Source of the DNA: an uncultured candidatus Porisulfidus sp.
GTDB taxonomy: Bacteria > Pseudomonadota > Gammaproteobacteria > Poriferisulfidales > Poriferisulfidaceae
NCBI GenBank assembly: GCA_965116025.1
Contig: OZ220480.1
Coordinates: forward strand, 736,001 to 800,000
DNA: 64,000 nucleotides
Direction of reading: 5' to 3'
Notes under the pieces: model-generated
What the model saw: only the letters and a program-made list of their open reading frames with translations
Database searches by the model: none
What the model was told of the DNA's origin: nothing
Shown here: one piece after another, positions 20,326 through 30,784 of the stretch
How positions within the stretch are numbered: the first letter of the stretch is position 1
Layout of the letters: every line of letters begins with the position of its first letter
Translations under genes and position numbers: made by a program

Positions 20326-23086
20326 ATGATCAAAGAGAAAGCTTGCCGTTTCCAATACCGCTCGCGCCGCGCTTCGGCGCATTCCCGCATAGGGGGGGGG
20401 GGGGGGGGGGGGGGCATTGTCCCGCTTCCTGACCTTTCTGGCCAGCTTCACGGCCACTCTCTCCATTTCGCTGATACCGCATTCCGCCATGGCGGCGACC
20501 ACGGGGAATTGCGGCGCTCTTCCCGGCGGCTCGGGCGCCGCCGAGGTCACCTGCAGCGACCCGACCTACAACAAGACCGATGGCCCGCCGATCCGGTACA
20601 ACCTAGCCGCGCCGGGCCGGAGCGTGACATTGACCGTCCGGCCTTCCGGGGCGGGCACGGTCACCATCACGTCTAGCGGGATCACCAGCGGCGCGAGGGA
20701 CGCTCGGCCAGGGATCGTCCTGAGCGGGCCCGGCGCCCTGAAGAAAGTCGTTCTCAATGGAAGGGTTCACATTGAGAACGGCGCGACCCGGAGGCTCGTG
20801 ACGGGGCTGCCCACGACGGTCACGCGCACCGGGAAGGCCATTGATTCGAGGGATCGTGGGGCGGGGCTCAACCATGGCATTTATGTAGGCCACCTAGGAA
20901 GCGACATCGACGCTCAGAAGGACCACGCCGAGGTGATGGTGGGAGCCCAGGCGCGGATCGGAACCGAAGGCAAGCCGATGGGCGGGTTTGGCGTGCTGGC
21001 GTACTTCCAGCACGACACCGACGTCAGCGTGACGAACGCGGGTGAGATTTACGGGACGTACGCGGGGATACTGGCGCATCGCTCGGGCGGGGGCGACACC
21101 GTGATCAAGACGGCGAAGGGCAGCGTGACCTCGCAAGGGATCTGGGCATCGGCGGGGGATCTGTCGGGCGAGGTCTCGAATACGAGATTTGTTTTGATAA
21201 ACCAAGGCCCGTCCCCTGGAGGCGGTGACATCACGATCGTCCATGAGGGTAAGATCGTGGTCCAAAGCCATCCGCTACGCTATCTGACCACGACGACCCC
21301 GACGATGAGCGAACATGTGGAAAGCCGAAGCTCGTATGCGCGCGCGGGCCTAGACGTTTTTCACCAGGACAAGAGCGCTCCGGCCGCGGACGGGCAAGCC
21401 AGCAGCGAGATCTCGATCACGTCGAGCGGTGACATCGAGATCGTGACGGATCCAGGCATCCGGCCGTTGCGATCACATGGCGTTCGCGTCATAACGAAAG
21501 GGGACGACGACTCCGTGGTTCCGGTCACGGTAGGCGTGACGGGGGGAACCATCATGGGGGTCGGAGAGGAAGGTCACGCGATCAGAATTCACCATGAGCA
21601 TAGCGGGGGTCTCATCAAAGTGGATCTCGCGGGCGGGACGATCACGGCGGACGGGCATGGCGTCTACGTGGAGACGGCCACCACCTACGAGGACGCGACG
21701 AAAGCCGGGAAGATTGAGGTCACGGTGGGGGAGATGGCGACGATCCGTGCCAAGAAGGATGGCGTTCACGTCAAGGGGATGCGGACCTTCGCGTCCGACC
21801 ACGCCCGGAAGGGACAATACGACCAGACGGTCACCATCAACGGCAAGGTGATGGGCGGCGGTGGAGACCACGCCGGCGTTCGGATGGTGATGGGCGGGAC
21901 ACTAGTGATCGGGCCGAAGGCGAAGGTGGAGGCGGCGTCCGGAACCGCGATGAGGGCGGACGGGGAGCTGACCATCACCATGAGCAAGGACGCGGTCGGA
22001 CGCGTCGGCTATGTCAAGGGGAAGATGCTCAACAGCGGAACGACGACTTTCGATGGGGTGAAGGTGGGTGGGGAGTACACGCTCAGTCCGGGCGTCGAGG
22101 AGCGCGGCGCGTACGATATCTCCAAGGTCACCCTGAAGACGATCGAGGGCGGTCACCAGTTCATGGACTCGGGTCGGGCGTATCACGACCGGGCTCGGGT
22201 GTACGAGGCGCTGCCGTCGGTGTTGCTGGAGATGAGCGCGCCGGGCGGTCGTCAGGCGCGGCTATCGGCGACGCGGGACGGCGGGGGCGTTTGGGCGCGG
22301 GTCATGGCGAGCGACGGTGAGCGTGAGGCGGAGACGTCCACGACTTCCATGGACGCGGCCAGGCATGATCTGTCATGGGACTTCGAGCGCTGGGGCGTGG
22401 CGACGGGCATCGCCGTTCCCACGGACCTGCCGGGCGTGACGCTGGGCGTGAGCGCGCACTACCGTGACGGCGAGGCGGACGTCAAGCGTGGCGGGAAGAT
22501 CGAGGCCTCGGGCGTGGGCATCGGGGCTTCGGCGACCTGGCGGGGCGAGGACGGCTGGTACGCGGACGGGGAGCTCTCGTACACGCGTTTCGAGGATGTC
22601 GACTTGAGTTCGGAGACGCGCGGGATGGTGGCGTCCGGTCTGGACGGAGAGGGTCACGCGATCAGCGTGGAGGTCGGCAGGCGGCTGGAGATGGACGGCT
22701 TCGCGCTGGTTCCGCGCGGGGGATTGACGTGGACTTGGGTGGACGTCGACGGCTTCGCCGACGTGTCGGGCGTTACTGGAAGCGGAAGAGTGTCGTTCCG
22801 CTCGGAGGACAGCGTGAGGGCGCGGGTCGGGGCGCTGCTGGAGAATGGCCAGACGTACGCGTCTCTGGACGTGGAGCATGAGTTCTCGGAGAGCCGGGAG
22901 GCGATGGCGTCGGGAGCGCGGTTGCGCTCGGAGGTGGAGTCCACGTGGGCGCGCGTGGGCGTTGGGGGCGTGATGACGCTGGACGCGCGAGGGGAATCGA
23001 CGCTCTCGGCGGACGCTCACTACGCGGCGTCAGGCGGCGATAATCATGATTATGGCGTGAGCGTCCTGCTGAAGGTTCGCTTCTGA
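20326..23086 (+). CDS. autotransporter 2; frameshifted at a G23 tract in the signal-peptide region
   Basis: ATG 20326 MIKEK..AHSRI-G23, then the h-region LSRFLTFLASFTATLSISLIPHSAMA in the frame of ORF 20417..23086; barrel nearly identical to AT1, ending LLKVRF. Confidence 0.85.
20392..20414 (+). repeat. G23 homopolymer, translational phase-variation candidate
   Basis: CCCGCATA-G23-CATTGT; in frame only with G(3n+1), e.g. G22 or G25. Confidence 0.85.
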
Positions 23087-23097
23087 TCGACTTCTGA

Positions 23098-23637
23098 TCA
23101 CCGCCCGGCGCTCAAGTCGGGGTTGTGTCTTGTATCGGGATGGCCGCGCGTCCGGATCAGGAACTTCGCCAGCCGCCACCGCGCCTCGTGGATCAACCCC
23201 AGGGTTTCGGACGGGCGCTGGTCCGCGCTCTCTGGATCGGCATCCATGTCGTGGAAGCAGAGCAGCCAGTCATGCAGCGAGCTCGCCGACGGGAAGACGC
23301 GCCCGCGCCCGCCTCGGAAGCGCGCCGCCAGCTCCTCTTCCTTGACCCCCAGCAGGCCCGGCTCATGCAGGCGAACCAGCTCGCGCAGACCCTCGTTGTC
23401 CTCCAGCTCGTCCACGTCCGAGACGCATTCGTGATCCAGCCCGTTGAGTGGCAGCAGGGTCAGCGGCATCTGCCCACTGGTCCAGCCTTGCGAAGGCTCT
23501 GGCAGGGATCGTAGAAGATTGCGCGGGATCCGCGCTTGGCCCAGCAGGTCCAGCAGCACGAGGACGCGACTGTCGGGGTTGACGCGGCTCATCTTGTCGT
23601 CGCCGGTGACGACGACCGGAGAGGTGAATTCCGACAT
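23098..23637 (-). pseudogene. truncated IS1380-family transposase-like gene (N-terminal part only)
   Basis: QGWTSGQM..LLPLN..ECVSDVDELEDNEGL..ELAARFRGGRGRVFPSASSLHDWLLCFHD resembles IS1380 transposase N-termini; ends before any DDE region. Confidence 0.65.
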
Positions 23638-23765
23638 ATAATGAGGCTCCTGGTTGGTTGTCGTTCGTTCACCCATTGGGTGAAAGGATTTACACCTCCA
23701 CTCTACAGGAATTCCTCGGTGGAATCGGCATCAGCCGGGACCTCCACTCCTTTAGCTCGGATATC
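23472..23765. repeat. diverged direct repeat, copy 2
   Basis: Homologous to 20030..20320. Confidence 0.8.
23668..23684. promoter_or_regulatory. perfect palindrome TTCACCCA-T-TGGGTGAA, candidate operator (variant at 20220..20236)
   Basis: 8-bp inverted repeat with a 1-nt spacer, retained in both repeat copies. Confidence 0.45.
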
Positions 23766-24019
23766 GTGGCTGTTCTCGCCACTCTTCACCGGGTTACAAT
23801 GCCGTCACACTTGAAAGTTGAAACTGAGGCCCTTTGATGGTCGGTCATCAGTCCTCGACGGCCCACGCTTATGCGCCTCGTCTTCGCCTTATGAGGATTA
23901 CTGGTTCTAGGCGTTCCCCCTGCGCCTCGCGCTCGAACCGAGACCACGGCCGTCAATGCGACCGCGAGACGTGTAAACCGTGAGGCCCGCCCGAATGAGC
24001 GACCAGCGAAAGAGAATGA

Positions 24020-27000
24020 TTGATGGCCGCGCCGGGTCAATTGACCCGGCGCGTCACCTTGCTAGGTCTGTACGCTGTGTCCATTAGCAGAAGCGCCATC
24101 GAAGAGTTTTCGGGGTTGCCGAACGACTCTACCTCGACTTCCGGGGACGATCCAGTCGCCGTGACCGGGCGGAATTTCTCACGACCGTTCCAAGTCGGCG
24201 ATCTCGTCGGTCTTCGATCCGATCCAGATACCGTTGCGCCAATCATCGCCATCGTGGACGGCGGGCCCGAGACTCGCTATCGAGTGTTTCAAGACGGCCG
24301 TTCGGCCATTTACTACGAGAGCCAGCTGCGGCCCATCAAGCCTTCTGGAAAGCGTTCCCTGACCGGTGCCGACGATCTGCGCGCCCATTTGACCAGCCTG
24401 CATCTGCTCTCGCCTTCCGCCGCGAATCTGTATTCGCTGCGGTCCGGTCGCGTGCAGTTCGTGCCCTACCAATATCGTCCCGTGGTGAGGCTGATTCGGG
24501 CCGACCGACCGCGCCTGCTGATCGCCGACGAGGTGGGTGTGGGCAAGACGATCGAGGCCGGACTGATCATCAAGGAACTGCGGGCGCGGATGGATATATC
24601 CTCGGTGCTGGTGATCTGCCCCAAGGCACTGGTGGCCGAGCGCAAATGGTATTTGGAGATGAAACGTTTCGATGAGCATTTCGAGGCGCTGGATGGCCGG
24701 ACGCTTCGCCATTGCTTGCGGGAAACGGATCTGGAAGGCGAGTGGCCTGATCGCTATGCCAAGGCGATCATCCCGTTCTCTCTGTTCGATTCATCACTGC
24801 TTTTCGGCAAGAGCGGGAAGCGTTCGCGGAACGGTGACGGGATGCTGGCCCTCGACCCACCGCCCAGATTCGATCTCGTGATCGTGGACGAGGCGCACCA
24901 CATCCGCAATTCGAGCACGTATCTCCACCAAGCTGTTCGGTATTTCTGCGACAACGCGCAGGCCGCGGTCTTTCTGACCGCGACCCCGGTGCAACTCGGA
25001 AGCGAAGATCTTTTTACCTTGCTGAACGTTCTGCGACCCGATCTCATCATCGACCATCCGAGTTTCGAGCAGATGGCCGAGCCGAACGGATTCATCAACA
25101 CCGCCGTAGATCACTGCCGCGCTGGAAGGGGTGACTGGCGAGCCAGGGCCCGCGCGTGTCTGGGCGATGCCGGGCGCACCCAATGGGGTCGCGTGTTCCT
25201 GCGGGAAGCGCCAGCGTTCCGGGATATCCACGACCGCCTGACCGCTAAAAACGGTGACGATGCGGACCGCGTCCGCGTCATACGCTCGCTGGAGGAGCTG
25301 CACACCTTCAGCCCGATGATCAACCGGACGCGGCGACGTGATATCGGGGAGTTCTCGACCCGGCGGCCGGAAACGCTGACCGTGGAGTTCACGTCCGCCC
25401 AGCGCCGTCTCCATGAAGATTTGCTTGACGTGGTGAGCCGCATCTTGGCGCGCGCGCACGGCGACCAGCACGTCAAATTCATGATGTCGACGATTCGTCG
25501 CCAGGCGGCCAGCTGTCTCTATGGCTTGGCTCCGCTATTGCGCGGCGCTCTCGCCGGACGGCTCGACGACCTTGAGGCGCTGGACGAATTCGATGGCGGG
25601 TTTCCCGCCAACATGGCTTTCATGGTGGAAATCCGAGCTGATATCGAGGCCCTCCTGAAGAGAGCCGAGGATCTAGATCCTCTCGACCCCAAGGTGGAAG
25701 CTTTCGTCAAAGTGCTTCGGGACAAGAGCCAAATGAAAAACAACAAGTCTCTGGTTTTCAGCACCTTTCGCCATACGCTCGCTTATATCCAGGGGTATGT
25801 TGCTGACGCGGGATTGCGCTATGGACTGGTGCATGGCGGCGTTCCAGACGCGGAGCGCGCGGAAGTGCGTCGCCGTTTCGCGCTGGCGAAAGACGACCCG
25901 AACGCTTTGGATGCGCTACTGTCCTCGGAAGTTGGCGGCGAAGGCCTTGACTTCCAGTTTTGCGACCTGCTGGTCAACTACGACCTGCCATGGAATCCGA
26001 TGCGCGTCGAGCAGCGCATCGGGCGCCTTGATCGGTACGGCCAGCGAAGTGAAAGCGTGGCTATCGTCAATCTGGTGACGCCGGGCACGGTGGACGCGGA
26101 TATCTACGAGCGATGTCTGGAGCGCATCGGGGTGTTCCATCATGCCGTCGGCGGAAGCGAGGAAATCCTCGGTGAGATCTCGCGGGAGATCCACGATATC
26201 GCGGACAGATTCACCCTGACTCCAGAGCAACGCGCCGAGCGCCTCCGGCAAATTGGAGACAATAAGATCCGCCGAGTTCAGGAAGAGAACGAGTTGGAGG
26301 ATCGGCAAGCCGAGTTGTTCGGGTTGACGGTCTCCAACAAGTTCTGGCGCGAGGAAGTGGCCGAAGCGGAGAGTTATTGGCTGTCTCCGCCGGCGTTGCG
26401 GCGATGCGTCGTCACCTATCTGGAGAGCGTGGGCGGAGCCGACGGCAATTTCTTGTTGGGTGACAAGTCGCTCAAGACTCTGCAACTCAGTCGAGATGTT
26501 CGGGCTCGATTGCTGAGTGACTTCAGGAAACGACCTCGGCCCACTGATCCAGTCGCTCGACAATGGGAGAAATGGCTCAGAGGCTCCGAGCCAAGATTGC
26601 AGGTCACGTTCGATCAGAAAGCTGCCGCGAATGAGCCCCGGGCCGTCTATCTGAACGTCCTTCATCCTTTAATCAGGCAGGCGGCGCGTCACCAGGAACG
26701 CGCCGAGGTGCTGCATGCGAGTCTCGTCGCGTCGACCGACATCGTTCCGCCCGGCGAGTACCCGTTCGCGGTCTATCAATGGCGCAAAGTCGGTTTGCGC
26801 GCCGATGACGAGCTCGTGGCTATCGCGTCCGATCCGAAACTGGATGGTGCCGTGCTGTCATTATTGGAAACCGCGACCGACGCTCCTTCCGGGAGCCCGC
26901 CCGACGAGGCCGCGATCGAGCGGTTGGACCAGCGTCACCACAGCGAATGGAACGCGAGGCGCGCGGAACATATGGCCAAGAACCTGGAGGACGTGCGACA

Positions 27001-27235
27001 CCGCGAACAAAGCTTGGATGTCAGTCACAGGGCGCGATGCGGGTTGTTGGAAGACCAAATCGAGAACGCGACGAACGGTAAAATCCGCCGCATGAAGGAA
27101 AGCGAATTGGCCCGGGCGAGGAACGACTACGAATGTCGCGGCGCCGATCTGGCGAAGTTGAAGGAAAGCGCGGATATCCACGCGACTCTGGTCGTCGTCG
27201 GTTTTCTGCGGATAACAGGGGAGGCTATCCAATGA
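24020..27235 (+). CDS. SNF2/RapA-family helicase-ATPase (start uncertain, possibly GTG ~24161)
   Basis: LIADEVGVGKTIEAG, IVDEAHH, LTATPVQ, SSEVGGEGLDFQ, NYDLPWNPMRVEQRIGRLDRYGQ. Confidence 0.92.
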   Translation: MMAAPGQLTRRVTLLGLYAVSISRSAIEEFSGLPNDSTSTSGDDPVAVTGRNFSRPFQVGDLVGLRSDPDTVAPIIAIVDGGPETRYRVFQDGRSAIYYESQLRPIKPSGKRSLTGADDLRAHLTSLHLLSPSAANLYSLRSGRVQFVPYQYRPVVRLIRADRPRLLIADEVGVGKTIEAGLIIKELRARMDISSVLVICPKALVAERKWYLEMKRFDEHFEALDGRTLRHCLRETDLEGEWPDRYAKAIIPFSLFDSSLLFGKSGKRSRNGDGMLALDPPPRFDLVIVDEAHHIRNSSTYLHQAVRYFCDNAQAAVFLTATPVQLGSEDLFTLLNVLRPDLIIDHPSFEQMAEPNGFINTAVDHCRAGRGDWRARARACLGDAGRTQWGRVFLREAPAFRDIHDRLTAKNGDDADRVRVIRSLEELHTFSPMINRTRRRDIGEFSTRRPETLTVEFTSAQRRLHEDLLDVVSRILARAHGDQHVKFMMSTIRRQAASCLYGLAPLLRGALAGRLDDLEALDEFDGGFPANMAFMVEIRADIEALLKRAEDLDPLDPKVEAFVKVLRDKSQMKNNKSLVFSTFRHTLAYIQGYVADAGLRYGLVHGGVPDAERAEVRRRFALAKDDPNALDALLSSEVGGEGLDFQFCDLLVNYDLPWNPMRVEQRIGRLDRYGQRSESVAIVNLVTPGTVDADIYERCLERIGVFHHAVGGSEEILGEISREIHDIADRFTLTPEQRAERLRQIGDNKIRRVQEENELEDRQAELFGLTVSNKFWREEVAEAESYWLSPPALRRCVVTYLESVGGADGNFLLGDKSLKTLQLSRDVRARLLSDFRKRPRPTDPVARQWEKWLRGSEPRLQVTFDQKAAANEPRAVYLNVLHPLIRQAARHQERAEVLHASLVASTDIVPPGEYPFAVYQWRKVGLRADDELVAIASDPKLDGAVLSLLETATDAPSGSPPDEAAIERLDQRHHSEWNARRAEHMAKNLEDVRHREQSLDVSHRARCGLLEDQIENATNGKIRRMKESELARARNDYECRGADLAKLKESADIHATLVVVGFLRITGEAIQ

Positions 27236-30200
27236 GTTTCATCGAGAGCATCAGAGAGAAACGGCAGAAGTACATAGACGGTGTGAAAGCAAACGAAGGC
27301 GCTATCAATATTGAAGATATTTTCAAGGATTTCTACCCGGACAAGGCGCATTTTATTTATGAACTTCTTCAGAACGCCGAGGACGCGGGCGCGACGAAAG
27401 TCCGATTTACCCTTGACGATAACAAGTTGATTTTTGAACACAATGGTAGGCCATTCGAGAAGAAAGACATCGAGTCGATCACTGGTATAGGGTTCAGCGA
27501 AAAAAGTAGTGAAGCCGACAAGATTGGCCGTTTCGGAATAGGATTCAAGGCGGTGTTTCTCTACACGGATTCGCCGCGCATATGGTCTCCAAATCATTCC
27601 TTTGAAATTTCTGACATGGTGATTCCTTCGGCTCTCTCGTCAGACCAGAGCCTCGGCGAGCGAACGCGATTCGAATTCCCGTTCAATTCTAAAAATATGC
27701 CTCGGAGGCGAGCGTTCAAGGAGATTCGGAATGGCTTGAGCGATATTTCCGACGACACACTATTGTTCTTATCGAAGATCAAGGAAATAGAGTGGAATGT
27801 GAATGGGATCAAGAAAGAAAGTTTGCGTCGAGATTCTCGTTCGAATTTTCACGTTGAAATTTCCAGGGAAAGTAAAGGCGAGAATTTCCCAAGCTCTCAT
27901 TTCCTTTGTTTCAAGGCACCAGCAGATGGGCTGAGTAGCCAGCACGTGGCTATCGCGTTCGATCTCGAACCACGTTCGGATGGCAACAGGCAGGCGGATA
28001 TGCCTTCGTCCTTCGCGACGCGGTTTCGGGTGGTTTCTGCGGACAGCGGGCTTGTCGCGGTCTATTTCATGGCTAAAAAAGAGACATCGAATCTACGTTT
28101 CCACCTTCACGCTCCGTTCGTCCCGGATCCAAGCCGTTCAAGCGTCAAGGACACGCCGGACAACGATACCTTGTTTCAGCAACTCGCGGATCTCGCGGCG
28201 CGGTCTCTCCACGAGATCCAGGCCTTAGGCTTGCTCGACCGAGAGTTTCTCTCCGTGTTGCCGAATAGCAGAGATAAGGTTCAGGGTCGGTATGACCTCA
28301 TTCGGGAGGCCATCGTCGACGTGATGAAGGAGCAACCACTGACTCCTACGCATGCTGGCCACCATGCTCCGGCTGATCAGTTACTTCAGGCGGAGGCGAA
28401 ATTAAAAGATCTTCTGGGCGGCGATGATGTCCGTTTTCTTATCGATGATGCCGATAGGTTTGATTGGGCTGTTTCGGTCAGGCAAAAAAATGGCCGTGTT
28501 GATCGTTTCCTGCATGACCTTGGAGTCGAGCAGTGGGGTGTTGAAGAATTTGTGGGAGCGCTGAAAGATTGTTGCTCCTATAACACCTACCGAAAATACC
28601 GAAAACAGGAGTTTCTCGACTGGATGCGGAAGAAGCCAGTGAAATGGCACCGCGAACTGTACGCCTTATTCCATGAAGTGCTGAAGAAGAATTACTTTGA
28701 TCGATTCAGGGGTATCTGCGTCGTCAGGTGCTCCAATAAAAAGTTCGGAACAGGATCCAAGTGCTACTTTCCCACATCAGAAATGCACGAAGGCCCTTTT
28801 CTCTTGGTTGAGGAAGATATCTATGCAGGCGGTAACAAGAAAAAAAGAGCGAGAGAACGCTAGGGAGTTTTTGGAGTGCGTTGGCGTTCGCGAGGTCGGG
28901 TTTAGCGAAAAGATCAAATTCATCCTCGAGCGGCGATATGCGAATCCTGATCTCACACCAAATTGGGAGAGCCATGTCGCTGACTTGAAGAGGTTCATTA
29001 ATTTTTGGAAAAAAGATCGTGCCACGGTCGATCTTTTCAAAGAATACACCATCTTCCAGAGCGTCAATGGTGGCTGGTCTCGGCCGAGTGATCTGTATCT
29101 CGACAGTCCTTATCTTGATACCGATCTGAGTGCTTACTATAGCCGTCTTGGCTCCGAATCAGAACTAACGTCACTGTCGGATCGGTATAAGAAATTCCCC
29201 GATTTGGAACATCTTGTCTGTTTTGCCAAGGCATGTGGTGTGGTTAGCTGTCTCGAGATTAAGGTTGACTCTTGCCGCAACAGCCCCGAGAAGAAATACT
29301 TGTTAAACGCTCCAGGAGAGAAAATAACTGACGGTGAGGTTGACCAAGACTTTTACGTCCCCAAGCTTGCCACCTTGCTCAAGAAGCCAGCTCTGGATAT
29401 TTCCCGACTGGTTTGGAAGACCCTTCGCGACCAATCGAAAGATGGGATATTGAAAGCCATCTATAGAAAAAATGCGAGCAACGACGCGAGAACGTCACCT
29501 TCGCGGCTCTTGCTCTTGCTACGTGAAGCGGCTTGGATACCTCAAGAGGATAATCACCAGAACGTTAAATTTACTCGCCCCGCTGATGCATCTAGGGATA
29601 TGCTTCCTAAAGGCTTCCCGTTCGATTCGGATTGGAATTGGCTTGACGCGGTCGGCTTTGGCAAGGAAACGAAAGAGCGAATCGAACGGGCTCGCAAGGA
29701 CATGGAAGATGCCGAAAGGCTCGGGTTTCGCGACGAATCTGCCCTCACGGATGGCCGCCGATTCGGGGAGCTGGACCCAAAAATCCGACGGGAGTTTCTG
29801 GATAAACAAAAAATGCTCGTGGAACTTCCGGTGAGAGATTCTGATGATCCGAGACGAAGAGCGGAGAGGGTCCGCAAGGAAGCTCGGGAAGCACCTGAGC
29901 GCGAGCGTCAGAAACGCATGCGTTCCGTCTTGATTCAACGTGACCGGGTCAAGAGAGAAAAGGCCGAGCCCTACCTTCGGAATCTGTACACGAACGACGA
30001 CGGCGTGACCATCTGCCAAGCGTGCCGGGAGCCTCTCCCGTTCCGGCGGCTCTCCGATGGAAAATACTACTTCGAGACCGTGGAGTTTCTCCCGGAGCTG
30101 GAGAGGCATTACCACCAGAATTATCTCGCGCTGTGTCCGAATTACGCGGCCATGTTCAAGCATGCGAACGAATCCAAGGAAGTGCTGAAGGACTTGTTTC

Positions 30201-30319
30201 TCAATATGAATGGTAACGATTTGGAGCTAACATTGGCGGGCCGGACGGTCACCCTGTATTTCACTGAGCTCCACCGCGACGATCTTGAGGCGGTGATCAA
30301 GGTCGATGAGGAGAAATGA
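27232..30319 (+). CDS. sacsin-like GHKL ATPase with C-terminal HNH-like domain; split by a +1 frameshift at an A7 run (28840..28846)
   Basis: ATGA overlap with the helicase; HFIYELLQNAEDA, FEHNGRPF, IGRFGIGFKAVF; C-terminal ICQACR..YFETVEF..NYLALCPN. Deleting one A fuses ORFs 27232..28863 and ..30319 (KKKERENAREF). Confidence 0.8.
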
Positions 30320-30394
30320 ATCCCCGCGGCGCGCGGCGACGTCATTTGGCCGACCCGGTATAATTCGCCGCGTTATCCCAGTATCTTTTTCCGC

Positions 30395-30778
30395 ATGTCC
30401 GCCGAGCGTGAGTACAACATAGAGGTTCAGGTAGAGACCCAGTTTCTCCCGGAACAATCCGACCCGGACGACGACCGTTTCGTGTTCGCGTATACCATCA
30501 CCATCACCAATACGGGCGACCTTCCGGCTCGTTTGGTAAGTCGGCACTGGATCATTCTTGATGGGGCCGAGAATCGACAGGAGGTGCATGGCGAGGGCGT
30601 CGTCGGGCAGCAGCCCCACTTGGCGCCGGGCGAGGCTTTCCGCTACACCTCCGGCACCGTTCTGCAGACCCCGGTCGGGTCCATGCACGGGTCCTACCAG
30701 ATGCTGGGAGACGACGGCACCCGCTTCAACGCCGAAATTCCCGCGTTCACTCTTTCCACTCCCCACTCCCTGCACTGA
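30395..30778 (+). CDS. apaG: ApaG protein
   Basis: FAYTITITN, SRHWII, GEGVVGQQP, YTSGT, GSMHGSY. Confidence 0.97.
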   Translation: MSAEREYNIEVQVETQFLPEQSDPDDDRFVFAYTITITNTGDLPARLVSRHWIILDGAENRQEVHGEGVVGQQPHLAPGEAFRYTSGTVLQTPVGSMHGSYQMLGDDGTRFNAEIPAFTLSTPHSLH

Positions 30779-30784
30779 CCCGGA

